From Mobula hypostoma (Eukaryota), in assembly GCF_963921235.1 (NCBI RefSeq), contig NC_086104.1, positions 64,294,001 to 64,358,000 of the forward strand: a DNA stretch of 64,000 bases, given 5' to 3'. This document shows positions 51,050-64,000 of the stretch, one piece after another (position 1 is the stretch's first letter; every line of letters begins with the position of its first letter). The notes below the pieces were generated by a model, which saw only the letters and a list, made by a program, of their open reading frames with translations, ran no database searches and was not told the origin of the DNA. A program made the translations under genes and the position numbers.

Positions 51050-51640
51050 ATATTTAACAATGAGTTTAGAATGAGGGACATTATATTGCAGTTATATAAA
51101 TCGTTGGTGAGGACACACTTGGAGTACTGTGTACAGTTTTGATTGTGCTGTGTATTGTCAAACTGGAGAGGATGCAGAAGAGACTTATGAGGATGCTGAC
51201 TGGACTATACAGCCTGAATTATAGGAAGAGGTTAGCCACACTGGATCTTTAACTGGAGCACAGGAGAATGAGAGTGATCTCGTAGAAGTTTATAAAATCA
51301 TGAGGGATATAGATAAGGTGTAAGGTCGTAGTCTTTTCCCCAGGCTTTGGGGGTGGGGGTCAAAAATCAGTGGTCACAAATGCAAGATGGGAGTGGTTTA
51401 TAAGAAACCTAAGAGGTAACTTCTTTACGAGTAGGGTAGTGAGTACCTGGAATGAGCTGCCAGAGGAAGTGGCTGAGGCGAGTACAATTGCAACATTTAA
51501 AAGGAAATTGGATAGATACATGGAGGGTTATGGGGCAAACGTGGGAAACTGGGACCAGCATGGAGGATGTTGTGGTCGGCATGGACCAGCTGAGCTAAAA
51601 GGCTTGTTTCCATGCTGTGTTGGACAATGACTCTATTGAC
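51050..51640 (+). mobile_element. CR1 3' fragment
   Basis: LRGNFFTSRVVSTWNELPEEV...FKRKLDRYM and the 3' UTR. Confidence 0.85.
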
Positions 51641-52609
51641 CCCTATTATTTCTACATGATTTGGCAGATCTCCATTAAACTATAAACTTTTTTCTTTTAA
51701 CTCAGCAATTGAGAATTTTCTCCCCGGAGATAAATTCTGTTTACACCTGGGGTGGCTCCACCAGAATGTGAAAAAAAAATTAAAACAAAAATATTACTTC
51801 ACAATTCATATCCAAGGGTGTCTACCAGCCAACTTTCTGTATCTCCAACACCATGGGATGAAAATTTTTTCCATTCTGTTGACATTTTATGATTGTTTTT
51901 TATGGAAGTCTGATGAGCATTCTGGAGCTCTGGAAATGGAAAACCAAGCAGGTTGGTGGCCAATAAATTATTTATCATCTCAAATTGAAGTTTGTTGGAG
52001 GGAATTATTATGATAATAATGAGCAAAATTGGTTGAAACTGTGAAAGAACAATCTAAGTTATTAATAAAGTCCGAGGTGGTCATTGCTTTATGAGACTGC
52101 TAACTTTACCTCAGTAAAATTTGGTCCCTATGGGTCATCATTAATAAGTGCAATTTGAGAGCTTAATAAAGGGTATCAGTCACTGCAAATACCTTATCAC
52201 TGAACACAAATATTCTGTAGAGACACAAACTGCTGTATCACTGAGTTTCTGAGTCAGACTTTACAACTGTTTTCCTTTAGCTCAATGTTACCACTCTTGC
52301 TTGTGGTTGAAAATTAAAAAAATAAATGCCAGCAGGTACTTGAAGTCTGAAATTAAAAACAGAAAGCACTAGAACTGTTCCAGTACACTGGCAAGCAGAT
52401 CAGGCAGCAAATTTGTAAAGAAAAATGGAGATAAAGTTTCAGGTTGGAGGCCCTTTATCAGAGGATGGTTCGTTGGTCTCACTCCAGAGACTCGAATGCA
52501 TGATCTAGACTAGTATTTCAACTGCACTCAGTCACGAGGACTTTTACTTGTAGTCTTGTTTAATCTAATATTACCAAATGTTGGTAAACACTTTATTTGC
52601 ATGAACTGC

Positions 52610-55600
52610 TAAAGCAGAAGGGAAGGGGGGAGAAGATGCACGCTGTGGTGATAGGGGATTCGTTAGTTAGGGGGACGGACAGGAAGTTGGGTAGGCAAGA
52701 ACGAGATTTCCAGATGGTATGTTGCCTCCTGGGTACCAGGGTCTGGGATATCTCAGACTGAGTCCTCAGCATTCTTAAATGGGAGGGTGAACAGCCAGAA
52801 GTCATCATCCATGTAGGTACCAATGACATGGGTAGAATGAGTGATGACATTCTGCAGAGGGAGTTCATGAAGTTAAGTGTTAATTTAAAGGGCAGCATCT
52901 CCGGGGTTCTGATCTCAGGATTGCTACCCATGCCACGTGCTAGAACTAGGAAGATTATACAGTTTAATACGTGTCTAAGGAGTTAGTGCAGGAGGAATGG
53001 CATAAAATTTTTGGACATTGGGCTCTCTTTCAAGAAAGGTGGGATCTGAACAGAAGGGATGGTTTGCACCTGAACTGGAGGGGGACTAATATCTTAGCGG
53101 GAAGGTTTATTAATGCTGTATGGTGGGGTTTAAATTAGAGTCACAGGGGGATGGAAACCAGAGTGTCAGAACAGTTAGTGGAGAGGTTGTGGGTGCAGAT
53201 GTTGGTAAGACCTCAGACAAAGTTAGGAATCAAAAGGTTGAGCATGGTACGACTAGCGTCCTGAGCTGCATATATTTCAATGCAAGAAGTATCGTAGGAA
53301 AGGCAGATAATAATGCAGAAAATTAGGTAGCTGGTTACAAACAGAAGCAATGTGTTGTGAGGAGAGGCTGTTGATAGGGCAAAATTGCAGTCAACCTGGA
53401 TAAATTGCATCGTAAAAGGCAGACAAAATCGAAAAGGGTGAATACGGGACTGAAGGTGTTGTATTTGAATGTGTGCAGTCTACGGAATAAGGTAGATGAA
53501 CTTGCACAGTTGCAGATTGGCAGATATGATTTTGTAGGCATCACTGAATCATGGCTGAAAGAAGATTATAGCTGGGAGCTTAATGTCCAAGGATACACAT
53601 TGTATCAAAAGGATAGGCAGGAAGGCGTTGCTCTGTTGGTAAAAAAATGAAATTAAATCATTAGCCAGAGGTGACATAGGGTTGGAAAGTGGAGAGAGCG
53701 AAGGAGCTGTAAGGGTAAAAAGATCTTGATGGGAGTTGTGTACAGACCGCCAAACAGTAGTAAGGAGATAGAAAATGCATGGCAAAAGGGCAATGTTACA
53801 ATAGTCATGGGGGTCTCCAATATGCAGGTAGATTGGTTAAAATCAGGGTGGTGCTGGATTCCACAAGGGGGATTTTCTAGAGTGTCTATGAGATAGCTTT
53901 TTAGAGCAGCTATAGTGGTTGAGCCCACTAGAGGATCAGCTCTTCTGGATCAGGTGTTGTGCCAGAACCAGAATTGATGAGAGTCCTCAAGGTAAAAGAA
54001 TCCTTAGGGGCAAGTGATCATAATACGATCAAATTCACTCTGAAATTTAAGAAGGAGGAGCTAAATTCAGATGTAAGAGTTTTACAATGGATCAAAGGGA
54101 ATTACAGTGACATGAAAGGAGTTGGCCAGAATTGACTGGAAAAGAACACTGGTAGGGATGATGGCAAAACAGAAATCACTGGAATTTCTGGAAGTAATTC
54201 AGAAGGCTCAGGATATATACACTCCAAAGAGGAAAAAGTGTTCTGAAGAAAAGATAACACAACCGTGGCTAACAAGAGAAGTCAACGCCAATATAAAAGT
54301 CAAAGGAAAGGCATATGATACAGCAAAAATTGGTGAGAAGTTAGACAATTGGAAAGCTTTGAAAAACCAACAGAAGGCAGCTAAAAACTCAATACGAAGG
54401 TAAAGATGGGATATGAAATTAAGCTAGCCAGGAATATTAAAGAGGATAACAGAAGTTTCTTCAGAGACATAAAGTGTGAAAGAGAGGTGAGAATGGGTAT
54501 CAGACCACTGGAAAATGATGCTGGTGAAGTAGTAATGGGGGACATTGAAATCATGGATGAACTGTATAGCATTTTGCAACATTCTTCACTGCGGAAGACA
54601 CTAGCAGTATGGTGGAAGTTCCAGGTGTCAGGGGTCATGAAGTGTGTGAAATTACCATTACTAGAGAGAAGGTTTTTGGGAAACAGAAAGGTCTGAAGGT
54701 GGATGGGTCTCCTGAACCAGATGGTGTACACCCCAGAGTTCTGAAAGAGGTGGCTAAGGAGATCATGGAAACATGAGTAATGATCTTTCAAGAATCACTA
54801 GATTCTGAAATGATTCTGGAAGACTGGAAATTACAAATGTCACTCCACTCGTCAAGAAGGGAGAGAGGCAAAAGAAAAGGAAACTGTAGGCCAATTAGTC
54901 TGATGTCAATAGGAAGGAAGATCTTGGAGTCAATTATTAAAGATGAGGTTTCAGGGTATTTGAAGACATATGATAAAATTGGTTGTAGTCAGCCTGGTTT
55001 CCTCAAGGGAAAATCTTGCCTGCCAAATCTGTTGGAAATCTTTGAAGAAATGAAAGCAGGATAAACAAAGGAGATTTGGTTGATGTTGTGTACTTGGATT
55101 TTCAGAAGGCCTTTGATAATGCACCACACATGAGGCTGCTTAACAAGGTATGAGCCCATGGTATTATAGGAAATATTCTAGCATGGATAAAGCAGTGACT
55201 GATTGGCAGAAGGCAAAGAGTGGGACTAAAGGGAGCCTTTTCTGGCTGGCTGCTGGTGACTAGTGGTGTTCCACAGGGGTCCATTTTGGGACTGATCCTT
55301 TTTACTTTATAAGTCAATTATTTGGATGATGGAATTGATGGCTTTGTTGCAAAGTTTGCAGATGATATGAAGATAGCTGGAGAAGCAGGTAGTTTTGAGG
55401 AAGCAGAGAGGCTACAGAAGGACTTAGACAGATTAGGAGAGTGGGCAAAGAAATGGCAGATGAAATACAGTGTCCGGAAGTGTATGGTCATGAACTTTTG
55501 TGGAAGAAATGAAAGTGTTAACTATTTTCTAAATGGAGAGACAATACAAAAACTGAGGTGCAAAGGAACTTGGGAGTCCTTGTGCAGTATTCCCTGAACG

Positions 55601-56265
55601 TTAATTTGTAGGTTGAGTCTGTGGTGAGGAAGGCAAATGCAATGTTAGCATTCATTTCAAGAGGACTAGAATAATAAAAGCAATGATGTAATGTTGAGAC
55701 TTTATAAAGAAATGGTGAGGCCTCGTTTGGAGTATTGTGAGCATTTTGGGCCCGTTAGCTTAGAAAGGATGTGTTGAAATTGGAGAAGGTTCAAAGGGGA
55801 TTCATAAAAATGATTCCAGGATTGAATGGCTTGCCATATGAAAAGTGTTTGATGGCTTTGGGCCTGTATTCACTAGAGTTCAGAAGAATGAGGGGTGACG
55901 TGATTGAAACCTATCAAATGGTAAAAGGCCTTGATAGAGTGGATGTGGAGAGGATGTTTCCTATGGTGGGAGAGTCTAAGACCAGAGGGCACAGCCTCAG
56001 AATGGAAGGGCATCCCTTAAGAATGGATATGAGGAGGAATTTCTTTAGCCAGAGAGTGGTGAATTTGTGGAATTCTTTGCCACAGGCAGCTGTGGAGGCC
56101 AAGGTTGGTTGATGTTGATAAGTTCGTAATTGGTCAGGGCATGAAGGGATTTAGGGAGAAGGTAGGATATTGGGGTTGAAAGGAAAATTGGATCAGCCAT
56201 GATTAAATGGCAGAGCTGACTCAATGGGCTAAATGGCTTAATTCTCCTCCTATATCTTATGATAA
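52610..56265 (+). mobile_element. Long degraded CR1 LINE sequence (ORF1 esterase, endonuclease, RT, 3' end); probably two joined CR1 copies
   Basis: AVVIGDSLVRGTDR and IIHVGTND (SGNH-type ORF1). Two EN starts (CIYFNARSI, VLYLNVCSL), VYRPP, SDH, GFLKGKSCL, KFADDMK, FFSQRVVNLWNSLP. Confidence 0.9.
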
Positions 56266-56809
56266 TATGGTCTAAGATCCCTCTTGACCTCTCAAACATG
56301 CTTAAAGATTGCAAAATGAAGGAATGGAGTTCAATATTTATTAGCCAACATTTATCCTTGGGTTAACCTTACTAAAACAGACTATCTGGCCTCATCGGAC
56401 TATTTTCCATGAGACTTTGCTTAAGTTGGCCACCACATTTTTTTAAATCACAAACCTTTGTTGTTGACATCTACGTCAGGGAAGCAGGCACACTGGGAAC
56501 ATCACCACTTTCAAGTATCCCTCCAAGTTACACTCCACTCTGACTTATTTCTGTTTGCACATCACCACTGATACTGGATCAAAATCCTGGAACTTCCTAC
56601 CTAACAGAATTGCAGGAGTACCTTCACCAGAACGTCCGGCTTATTTCTGGAAGTAGAGTCCCCTTGATAGTCCATCCAAGATCATAAACATCTCTTGAGA
56701 CAAACACATGCTACAGTGGAAGGCAGTGGCATGAGGAGGAGGATCTAGATGCAAGAAAAAAAGGAGGCAGTGACCAGTGCAGGAAGTGAGTGGTGGCTAC
56801 AGCATTGCT

Positions 56810-58650
56810 TACAGTGTGAGGTATTGCATTTTGATAGATCAAACCTAGTAAGACTTATACAATGAATACTAGGACCCTGGGGAGTGTTTATGGTACAGAG
56901 GTGCTGAAGAGCGCAAGTGCATTGTTCACTGAAAGTAGCATTACAGGGTGGTAAAGAAAGCACTCATCCAACAGTCATAGCACTGAATAAAGGAGTTGGG
57001 AAGGTATGTTGCAATTATTTAAGATGATGATGAGGCCAGATTTGGATATTGTGTACAGTTTTGGATACCCTGTTTACAGGAAAGATGTGATATATTAGAA
57101 AGAGTGAAGAAAAGATTTGTTACTATGTTGGCTGGTCTTGGGGGCTGAGTTAAAAGGAAAAGTATAGATTAGGACTTTATTTTCTTGAAGACAGGAGAAT
57201 GAAAGGTGACCTGATAAATGTATATAAGATCAAGGGGGGCACGGACAGGGTGAAAGCACATAGTCTTTTCCCAGAGAGGGAGTACTAAAAACAAGAGAGT
57301 ATAGGTTTAAGATCAGAGGTGAGAGATTTAAAAGGGACAACAAGGAGCAAGGACTTCATGCAAAGGGTAGTGCATTTTTGGAATAAGCTGCCAGAAATAG
57401 TGTTTCAGGTGGGCACATTAGCAATATTTAAAGGACATCCAGATAAGTACCTGGGTAGGAGAGCTTTAGGCTTGGTCTCTTGGCCAAGTGCTGACAGATG
57501 AGACTAGCTTGCTGGGCAACACAGTCAGCATGGGGCAGCTGGGCCAAAGGATCAGCTTCTATGCTATATGATTCTCTGGCTCTAAATTTGGTGGCAGGAA
57601 CAAAAAGAGAAGAATCTACAGCTAGGACTTGTCATCTCAAGGAAGTGTTAGAGGTGATGCCACTTTTCAGAAAATGTTGTGCAGCAGGGGAGATGGCTAA
57701 TTGGTAAGGAAAGCTGGTGAGTATTTCCACAACTTTGAGAGATCTGTAATTTAAACTCAAATAAAGGAAAGTGATCAAAAGCCTAATTATATATTTTTTA
57801 ATTAAGATGGTTAACTAAGAGCTCAATTTAAAAATTGTTTCTATGTGGACTACATTTTAAATAAAAGAGTTGAATTGAAAGTACGACAGGAGAACTTCAT
57901 CCTATGTGTTGTATAGCCTGCAGCATGTGGGAATTCCTAGATTCTCCTAATGGCCTGAACAACTTATCTATAGAAGATCAAACCTGAAGGCAGAGCAAAG
58001 GTTACTGGCAGGTTTCTTAGCAGTTAGAGGAACAGAAGGATCTTGAGGTCCACATCCATATGTAGATCTCTCAAAGTTTATTGGGTGGTTAAGAAGGCAT
58101 ATGGTGTATTGGCCTTCATTAGTGGGGGGATTGAGTTTAAGAGCCGTGTGGTAATGTTGCAGATCTATAAAACCCTGGTTAGACCTCACTTGGAGTATTG
58201 TGTTCAGATCCTAGGAAGTATGTTGAAACTATGGAGTGCAGAGGAGATTTATCAGGATGTTGCTGGTTTAGAGAACATATCTTATGAGGAAAGGTTGAGT
58301 GAGCTAGGGCTCTTCTCTTTGGAGAGAAGGAGGATGACAGGTGACTGGATGGAGGTGTATAAGGTAACAGGCAAGTGCCTGTTTCCTAGGGCAGCAACAG
58401 CTAATATAAGAGGGCATAATTTTAAGACGATTGGAGGTAAGTATAGGGGGGATGTCAGAGATAGTTTTTTTTTACACAGAAAGTGGTAAGTGCATGCGAC
58501 ACACCTCCAGGGGTGGGGGTGAAGGAAGACGCATGAGGGACACTTAAGAACCTTTTAGATAAGCACATAGATGAAAGAAAAGTGGAGGGCTACGAGGGAG
58601 GTAAAGGTTAGATTGATCTTGGACTAAGTTAAAAGGTCAGCTCAATAGCA
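56810..58650 (+). mobile_element. Two degraded CR1 3' fragments (56810-57575 and 57970-58650)
   Basis: FMQRVVHFWNKLPE; KKAYGVLAFI...LVRPHLEYCVQ. Confidence 0.8.
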
Positions 58651-58660
58651 TAATGTGCTG

Positions 58661-58835
58661 CAAACAAGAGAAAATCTGCAAATGCTGGAAATCTGAGCAA
58701 CACACACAAAATGCCGGAGGAACTCAGCAGGCCAGGCAGCATCTATTGAAAAAAGTACAGTCAATATTTTGTCCTGAAATGTCGACTGTACTTTTTTCTA
58801 TAGATGCTGCCTGGCCTGCTGAGTTCCTCCAGCAT
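58661..58835. mobile_element. Miniature palindromic Penelope-derived insertion
   Basis: atgccggaggaactcagcaggccaggcagcatcta...tagatgctgcctggcctgctgagttcctccagcat hairpin. Perfect 12-bp TSD CATAATGTGCTG (58649-60, 58836-47). Confidence 0.85.
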
Positions 58836-59649
58836 CATAATGTGCTGTACTGTTCTGTCTTCTATAGAGATGCTTCCGGTATCACCAGACTGAGCAATGA
58901 GTTTCAAAGTATGAGCACTACATTAAAGCACTAGGGAAAAGAAGGATTCTGAAGAGACAGTACAGGCTTTAAATTCCTGGACCATTAGGGCAATTCCTGG
59001 GATAGGAGGAACCTATGTTAGCCAGATATGTCAACTTGAGCTGGGATGGCTCCAACATCTTTTTGGGAAGATTTTGAGAGAGTTAATCCAATTTGACAGT
59101 GGAATGAAACTGGCCAAATATAGACAAAAAACTGATTCAATCGAGTGGGCATTCAGTTCATATGGAGCATGGGTGGAACATAAGGCTGCATTGCATCTGT
59201 TTCAATGCAAGGAGTCCAACAAGTGAGGAAACTAAACGGAGGGTGTTAATGAACACACTGGAACATGACATTGTTGCTATCATGCAGGTGTGAATATGTA
59301 GCGAATGTAAATACCTCTATTCAAGGGAATTATAAACCAGTTAATCTAACATCAATTGTAGGGAAATTATTGGAAAAAATACAGAGGGTCGGGATTATTC
59401 TGCACTTGGAGAGGCAGGGATTAATCAAGGATTGTCAGCAAGGCTTTGTTAAAGGGAGACCCTGTCTGAATAATTTGATTGAATTTTTGAGAGGTGATTA
59501 AGCAAGATAATCATCAGTGACATTTTGTGGGTTACAAACAATAGTTCCAAATGTTCTTTTAAATATACCTCTCTTTTGAATTACTCACATTGCAATCTGT
59601 AGCGTGTAACTTCCCAATGTACTTTTAAATCAATGTAATAACCTACAGA

Positions 59650-62600
59650 TTTCGAGATGGTCTACAAAACTCTGCGGACCAGGCAGACATGGCACCTTTA
59701 AGAAGATGACGGCTCATCATCATAGCCGGAAGCAAGGCAGTAAGGGAACTACAAACCAGGCTGAAAAGTGGGGGGGAGGAGGTGCGGGGGGGGTGCGGGG
59801 GGGGGGATGAGGCCTCCTCTACCCAGCGTCTTGTTAGCAAATGTGTAGTCACTGAAGAACAAAACTGAGGACTTGAGGGCAAGATTGCTTTTATTTGAGC
59901 CACTTGTATTGTATGCTTCACCGAAACGTGGCTTTCTCCCAGCACGCCAGATACAGTGATCTGACCTGAAGGCGTCTCGATTTATCGAATGGACCCATCT
60001 GATGATTTGGATAAGATAAAAGAGGTGGTGTTTCATGATAAACTCTTGGTGGTGCACCAATGTGGTGGTTTTGTTGAACTCGTGTTCCCCCAACTTGGAA
60101 CACCTCACAATCAAATGCTGCCCATTCCATTTACCTGGGGAGTTCGCCTCTGTGATCCTAACCACAGTTTATGTACCACCAGCGGCCAAATATAATTAAG
60201 TGCTTGAGACGCTACATGCTGCCATCTCCAAACAAGAAACAGTCTATCCCGATGCATTTCAAATCATAGTCGGAAACTTCAACCAGGTTTGTTTGAAGAA
60301 CCCCTGCCCATTTACCATCAGCATATAACCTGCAGCACCAGAGGTCTCAACATACTAGATTACTGTTATGCTAAGGTAAGAAATACCTTCCATTCCATGT
60401 CCAGATTGCATTTCGGAAAAACTGGCCATGTGGCCATCCTTCTCCTAGCTCCAGAGATTAGAACAACGAAGCTGTGGCTGCAACAGGCAGAGGAGCAGCT
60501 ACAGGATTGTGTCGTGTCAGTGGACCGGTCGTGTTCAAGAACTCACTCATCAGTGGATGTGAATGAATAAACCATGGTTGTAACAGACATTATTAGAACG
60601 GCTGTAGCTGAGTGTGTTTCACAAAATCATTCAGAGTCTTCCCCAATCAGAAGCCCTGAATAAACCATCAGAATGGAAATCTGCTGAGAGCCACATCAAA
60701 AGCATTCAAATCTAATGACCAAAGAAGCTACATACGATCTCCAGAAAGCCATCTCACAGGTGAGGTGGCAATTCCAGACCAAATTTGAATGAATGAAGGA
60801 TGCTCGACAGTTGAGGCAGGACTTGAATACTATCACCTTTTATAAAGTTAAATCAAGCAACACAGGAGACAACAGGGCTCCACTTCCAGATGAGCTTAAT
60901 TCCTTCTATGTTCACTTTATCTATCAAAACATGGAGGAACCATCACAAACTCCTCCATTCCCCAATGATCCTATGATTTCATTCTCTGAAGCCAATGTGC
61001 GAGCAGCCTTCAGGAGGTTGAATGCATGAAAAACATCCAGCCTAAATGGGGTACCTAGTCAAGTACTAAATACCTGTGCTGATCAGCTGGCTAGTGTACT
61101 CAGTGAGATCTTTAACCTCTCACTTTGGCAGTGTGTGGTATGCACCTGCTTCACGCAGATTTCAATTATACTGGTGCCCAAGAAGGTCATGATGATCTGC
61201 CTCAATGACTATCAGGCAGTAGCACTGTGATGAAGTGTTTTGCAGTTTTGATAATGAAACATATCAACTCCTGCCTGAGAAGCAAATCCTTTCCAATTCA
61301 CCTACAGGAGCAAAGGTGCACAGTAGATACCATCTCATTGGCTCTTCACTCAACCATGGAACACCAGGACAGCAAAGATGCATACATCAGGATGCTATTT
61401 ACCGACTACAGCCCATCATCCCCTCAAAACTAATCAATCAACTCCAAGACCTTGGCCTCAATGCCTCCTTGTGCAATTGGATATCGGATTTCCTCATTTA
61501 CAGATCCCAGTCAGTTCAGATTGGCAACAACATCTCCTCCACGAACTCCATCAGCACAAATGCACCGCAAGTCTGTGTGTGTAGTTCCCTGCTCTACTCC
61601 CTTTACACTTATGACTGTGCGGCTAAGCACAGTTTCAATGCCATATTCAAGTTTGTTGTTGACACCACTGCCGTGGGCCAAATCAAAAGTGGTGATGAGT
61701 CAGCATATAGGAGTGAGATTGAAAATCTGGCTGAGTGGTATCATATCAGGAACCTCTTATTCAATAACATCAAGACCAAGGAGCTGATTATAGACTTCAG
61801 AAGTAGGACACCATAGGCCCGTGAGCCAGTCCTCATTGGAGGATCAGAGGTGGAAAGGGTTAGCAACTTTCAATTCCCCGGTGTCATTATTTCGGAGGAC
61901 CTGTCCTGGGCCCAGCACTTAAATGCAATTATGAAGAAAGCACAGGAGCAGCTCAATTTCCTTAAGAGTTTGCAGAGATTTGGCATGACATCTTTGATGT
62001 GTAGTGGAGAGTATACTGACTGGCTGCAACACAACCTGGTACAGAGACACCAATGCCCTTGAACAGAAAATCCTCCTAAAAGTAATGGTTACAGCACAGT
62101 CCATCACGGGTAAATCCCTCGCAAACATTGAGCACATTTACATGAAACACTATTGTAGGAAAGCAGCATCCATTATCAGGGACCACTACACAGGACATGC
62201 TCTCTTCTCACTGCTGTCATCAGAAAGAAGGCACAGGAGCCTCAGGATTCACGCCACCAAGTTATTACCCCTCAACCATCAGGCTCTTGAACCAAAGGGG
62301 ATAACTTCACTGTCTCACCATTGAAATGTTCCCACAACCCATAGACTCACTTCCAATGACTTCATCTCATGTTCTCAATATTTATTGTTTATTTATTTAT
62401 TATTATTTTTCTTATTTTTATATTTGCACAGTTTCTTCTCTTCTGCACTCTGTTTGAACACCCTAGTTGGGTGGCTTTTCATTGATTCTAATATGGTTAT
62501 TATTCTATAGATTTATTGAATATGCCTGCAAGAAAATGAAACTCATGATTGTATGTGGTGACATGTATGTACTTTGATAATAAATTTACTTTGAACTGTA
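59650..62600 (+). mobile_element. Near full-length degenerate Rex1/Babar LINE
   Basis: Endonuclease (HQHITCSTRGLNILDYCY, HFGKTGH), LPDELNSFY, RT ([21 protein letters not shown]), C-terminal domain and tail aataaatttactttgaact. Confidence 0.88.
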
Positions 62601-62869
62601 AGCATATCAATAAAAGTAATACAACTGCTGCAGTCACCATAAACTTTAGTAAACTAGAAGATTCACAGACACAACCTGATTATTCTTTCTTTTAACACTA
62701 TTTATTTATTTTTGTAAACTATAGTAATTTTATGTCTTTTCTCTGTACTGCAGCTGCAAAGCAACACATTTCATGTCATAAAAGTCAGTTATTCAGATTC
62801 TGGATCAGCCCAACTCATCTTTGCCAGGCAAGATACCTGTCTAAACTAGACCTATTTGCATGCCTTTGG

Positions 62870-63640
62870 CCCAAATCCCTCTGCTTACACTGTCCAAGTG
62901 GAGTTCAATCCTGAAAATTGTGATGAGCTGCAATTTGGGAGGACTAATGAGGCAAGGATATGCACAATGAATTGTAGGAAGTCACAAGATACTGTTGATG
63001 GATGCTCCTCCATAAATGCAGTCTGGCCTGCAGGTTCCTTCAGCACCTTGTCTGTTACTTTTAAATGGTAGACAATACTGAGGAACAGAGGGACTTTTGT
63101 GTATGTCCAAGTGTCCCTGAAGGGATTAGCACAGAAAAATAAGGTGGTAGAGAAGAGCCTACAGGTTACTTGCCCACATTAGAATATTAGAATATAGGAG
63201 CAAGGAAGTTATAGTGCAGCTCTATAAAACATTAGTTAGGGCACAGTTAAAGTATGCAAACATTTCTGATTCCCACACAATGGAAATGTCATTGAGCTGC
63301 TGTGGATGTAAAATGATTCACCAGTGGCATTGTCTGAGATGGAGCATTTCAGCTCTGAGGAAAGACTGGCCAAGGCTTTGCTTTCCCTAGAGCAGAGAAG
63401 GCTGACAGGAACTTGATTAAGTGGCATAAACAGGGTGGATAGTGAGGAACTTTACTATTAGGCAGATATGTCAGTAATCAGGTGGCATTGACTTAAGGTG
63501 AGCTGCAGAAGATGTAGAGGGGATTGAAGGAAAAAAAAATCACCCGGAATGTAGTTGAAATCTGAAATGTGGAATGCATTACCTAAGGGGTTTGTGGAAA
63601 CAGATACCATCACAAAATTTACAAAGTACTTGCGTGAGAA
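62870..63640 (+). mobile_element. Highly degraded CR1 3' fragment
   Basis: VEFNPENCDELQFGRTN and downstream CR1-like C-terminal sequence. Confidence 0.6.
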
Positions 63641-64000
63641 TGTGTAATGCTATGGCACAAGAGCTGGAAAACAGGGTCACAGAAAGTCACAGAAAATATG
63701 ACAGCTGAAGGGCTTAACTCGATGCTTCTATGTGTCATTATTGTTTCCATTACTGCAAGCAGTAGTCACTGATTTGTTTGACTGATAATTCCTTGTATAT
63801 CTCCATATTCCCTAAAAAAAATAGGTGGCCATTTGGCCCATCATGTCCATGCTGGCTCATGGAGCAATTATTTTCTCTCATTCATTTTCCCTGCAACCTT
63901 TTCTTCCAACATTACCATTAACTTCCCCTAGTTTCTATCATTCAACCCCCAAAGAGAAGCAATTTAGATTTGCTGATTAAACTACCACTCAGAGTGTTTT

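Noticed and set aside
40000-64000. Additional upstream RPS6KA2 exons or a neighbouring gene
   Set aside because: No recognisable non-TE coding sequence found. Short or non-coding exons cannot be excluded without transcript data.

Overview
Eukaryotic, repeat-dense vertebrate DNA, most likely a cartilaginous fish (ray or shark). The host is inferred from the CR1-dominated landscape, Penelope termini and V-SINE/HE1-like SINEs. The only host gene I can support is RPS6KA2 (RSK3) on the minus strand: coding exon 1 at 39189-39091, a ~36.8 kb intron 1, and exon 2 at 2261-2145. The rest is transposon sequence: CR1 and Rex1/Babar LINEs, Penelope elements with minimal hammerhead ribozymes, SINEs, a solo LTR, three Gypsy elements, two Tc1 elements and a degenerate tandem array. 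Main finding: a non-autonomous Gypsy element (PNMA-type gag, tRNA-Pro PBS, 45206-48684, minus), nested in a Sushi-type chromovirus, has its RNaseH/integrase region replaced by an intronless sarcomeric myosin heavy-chain rod fragment (MYH16-like) fused in frame to its RT remnant. This looks like retrovirus-style capture of a host mRNA. Second: a Tc1 element closely resembling Sleeping Beauty (11363-12990) with two right-hand IR/DR ends, a horizontal-transfer candidate. All homology calls are by eye against remembered sequences; no database search was run, and repeat boundaries without TSDs are approximate.
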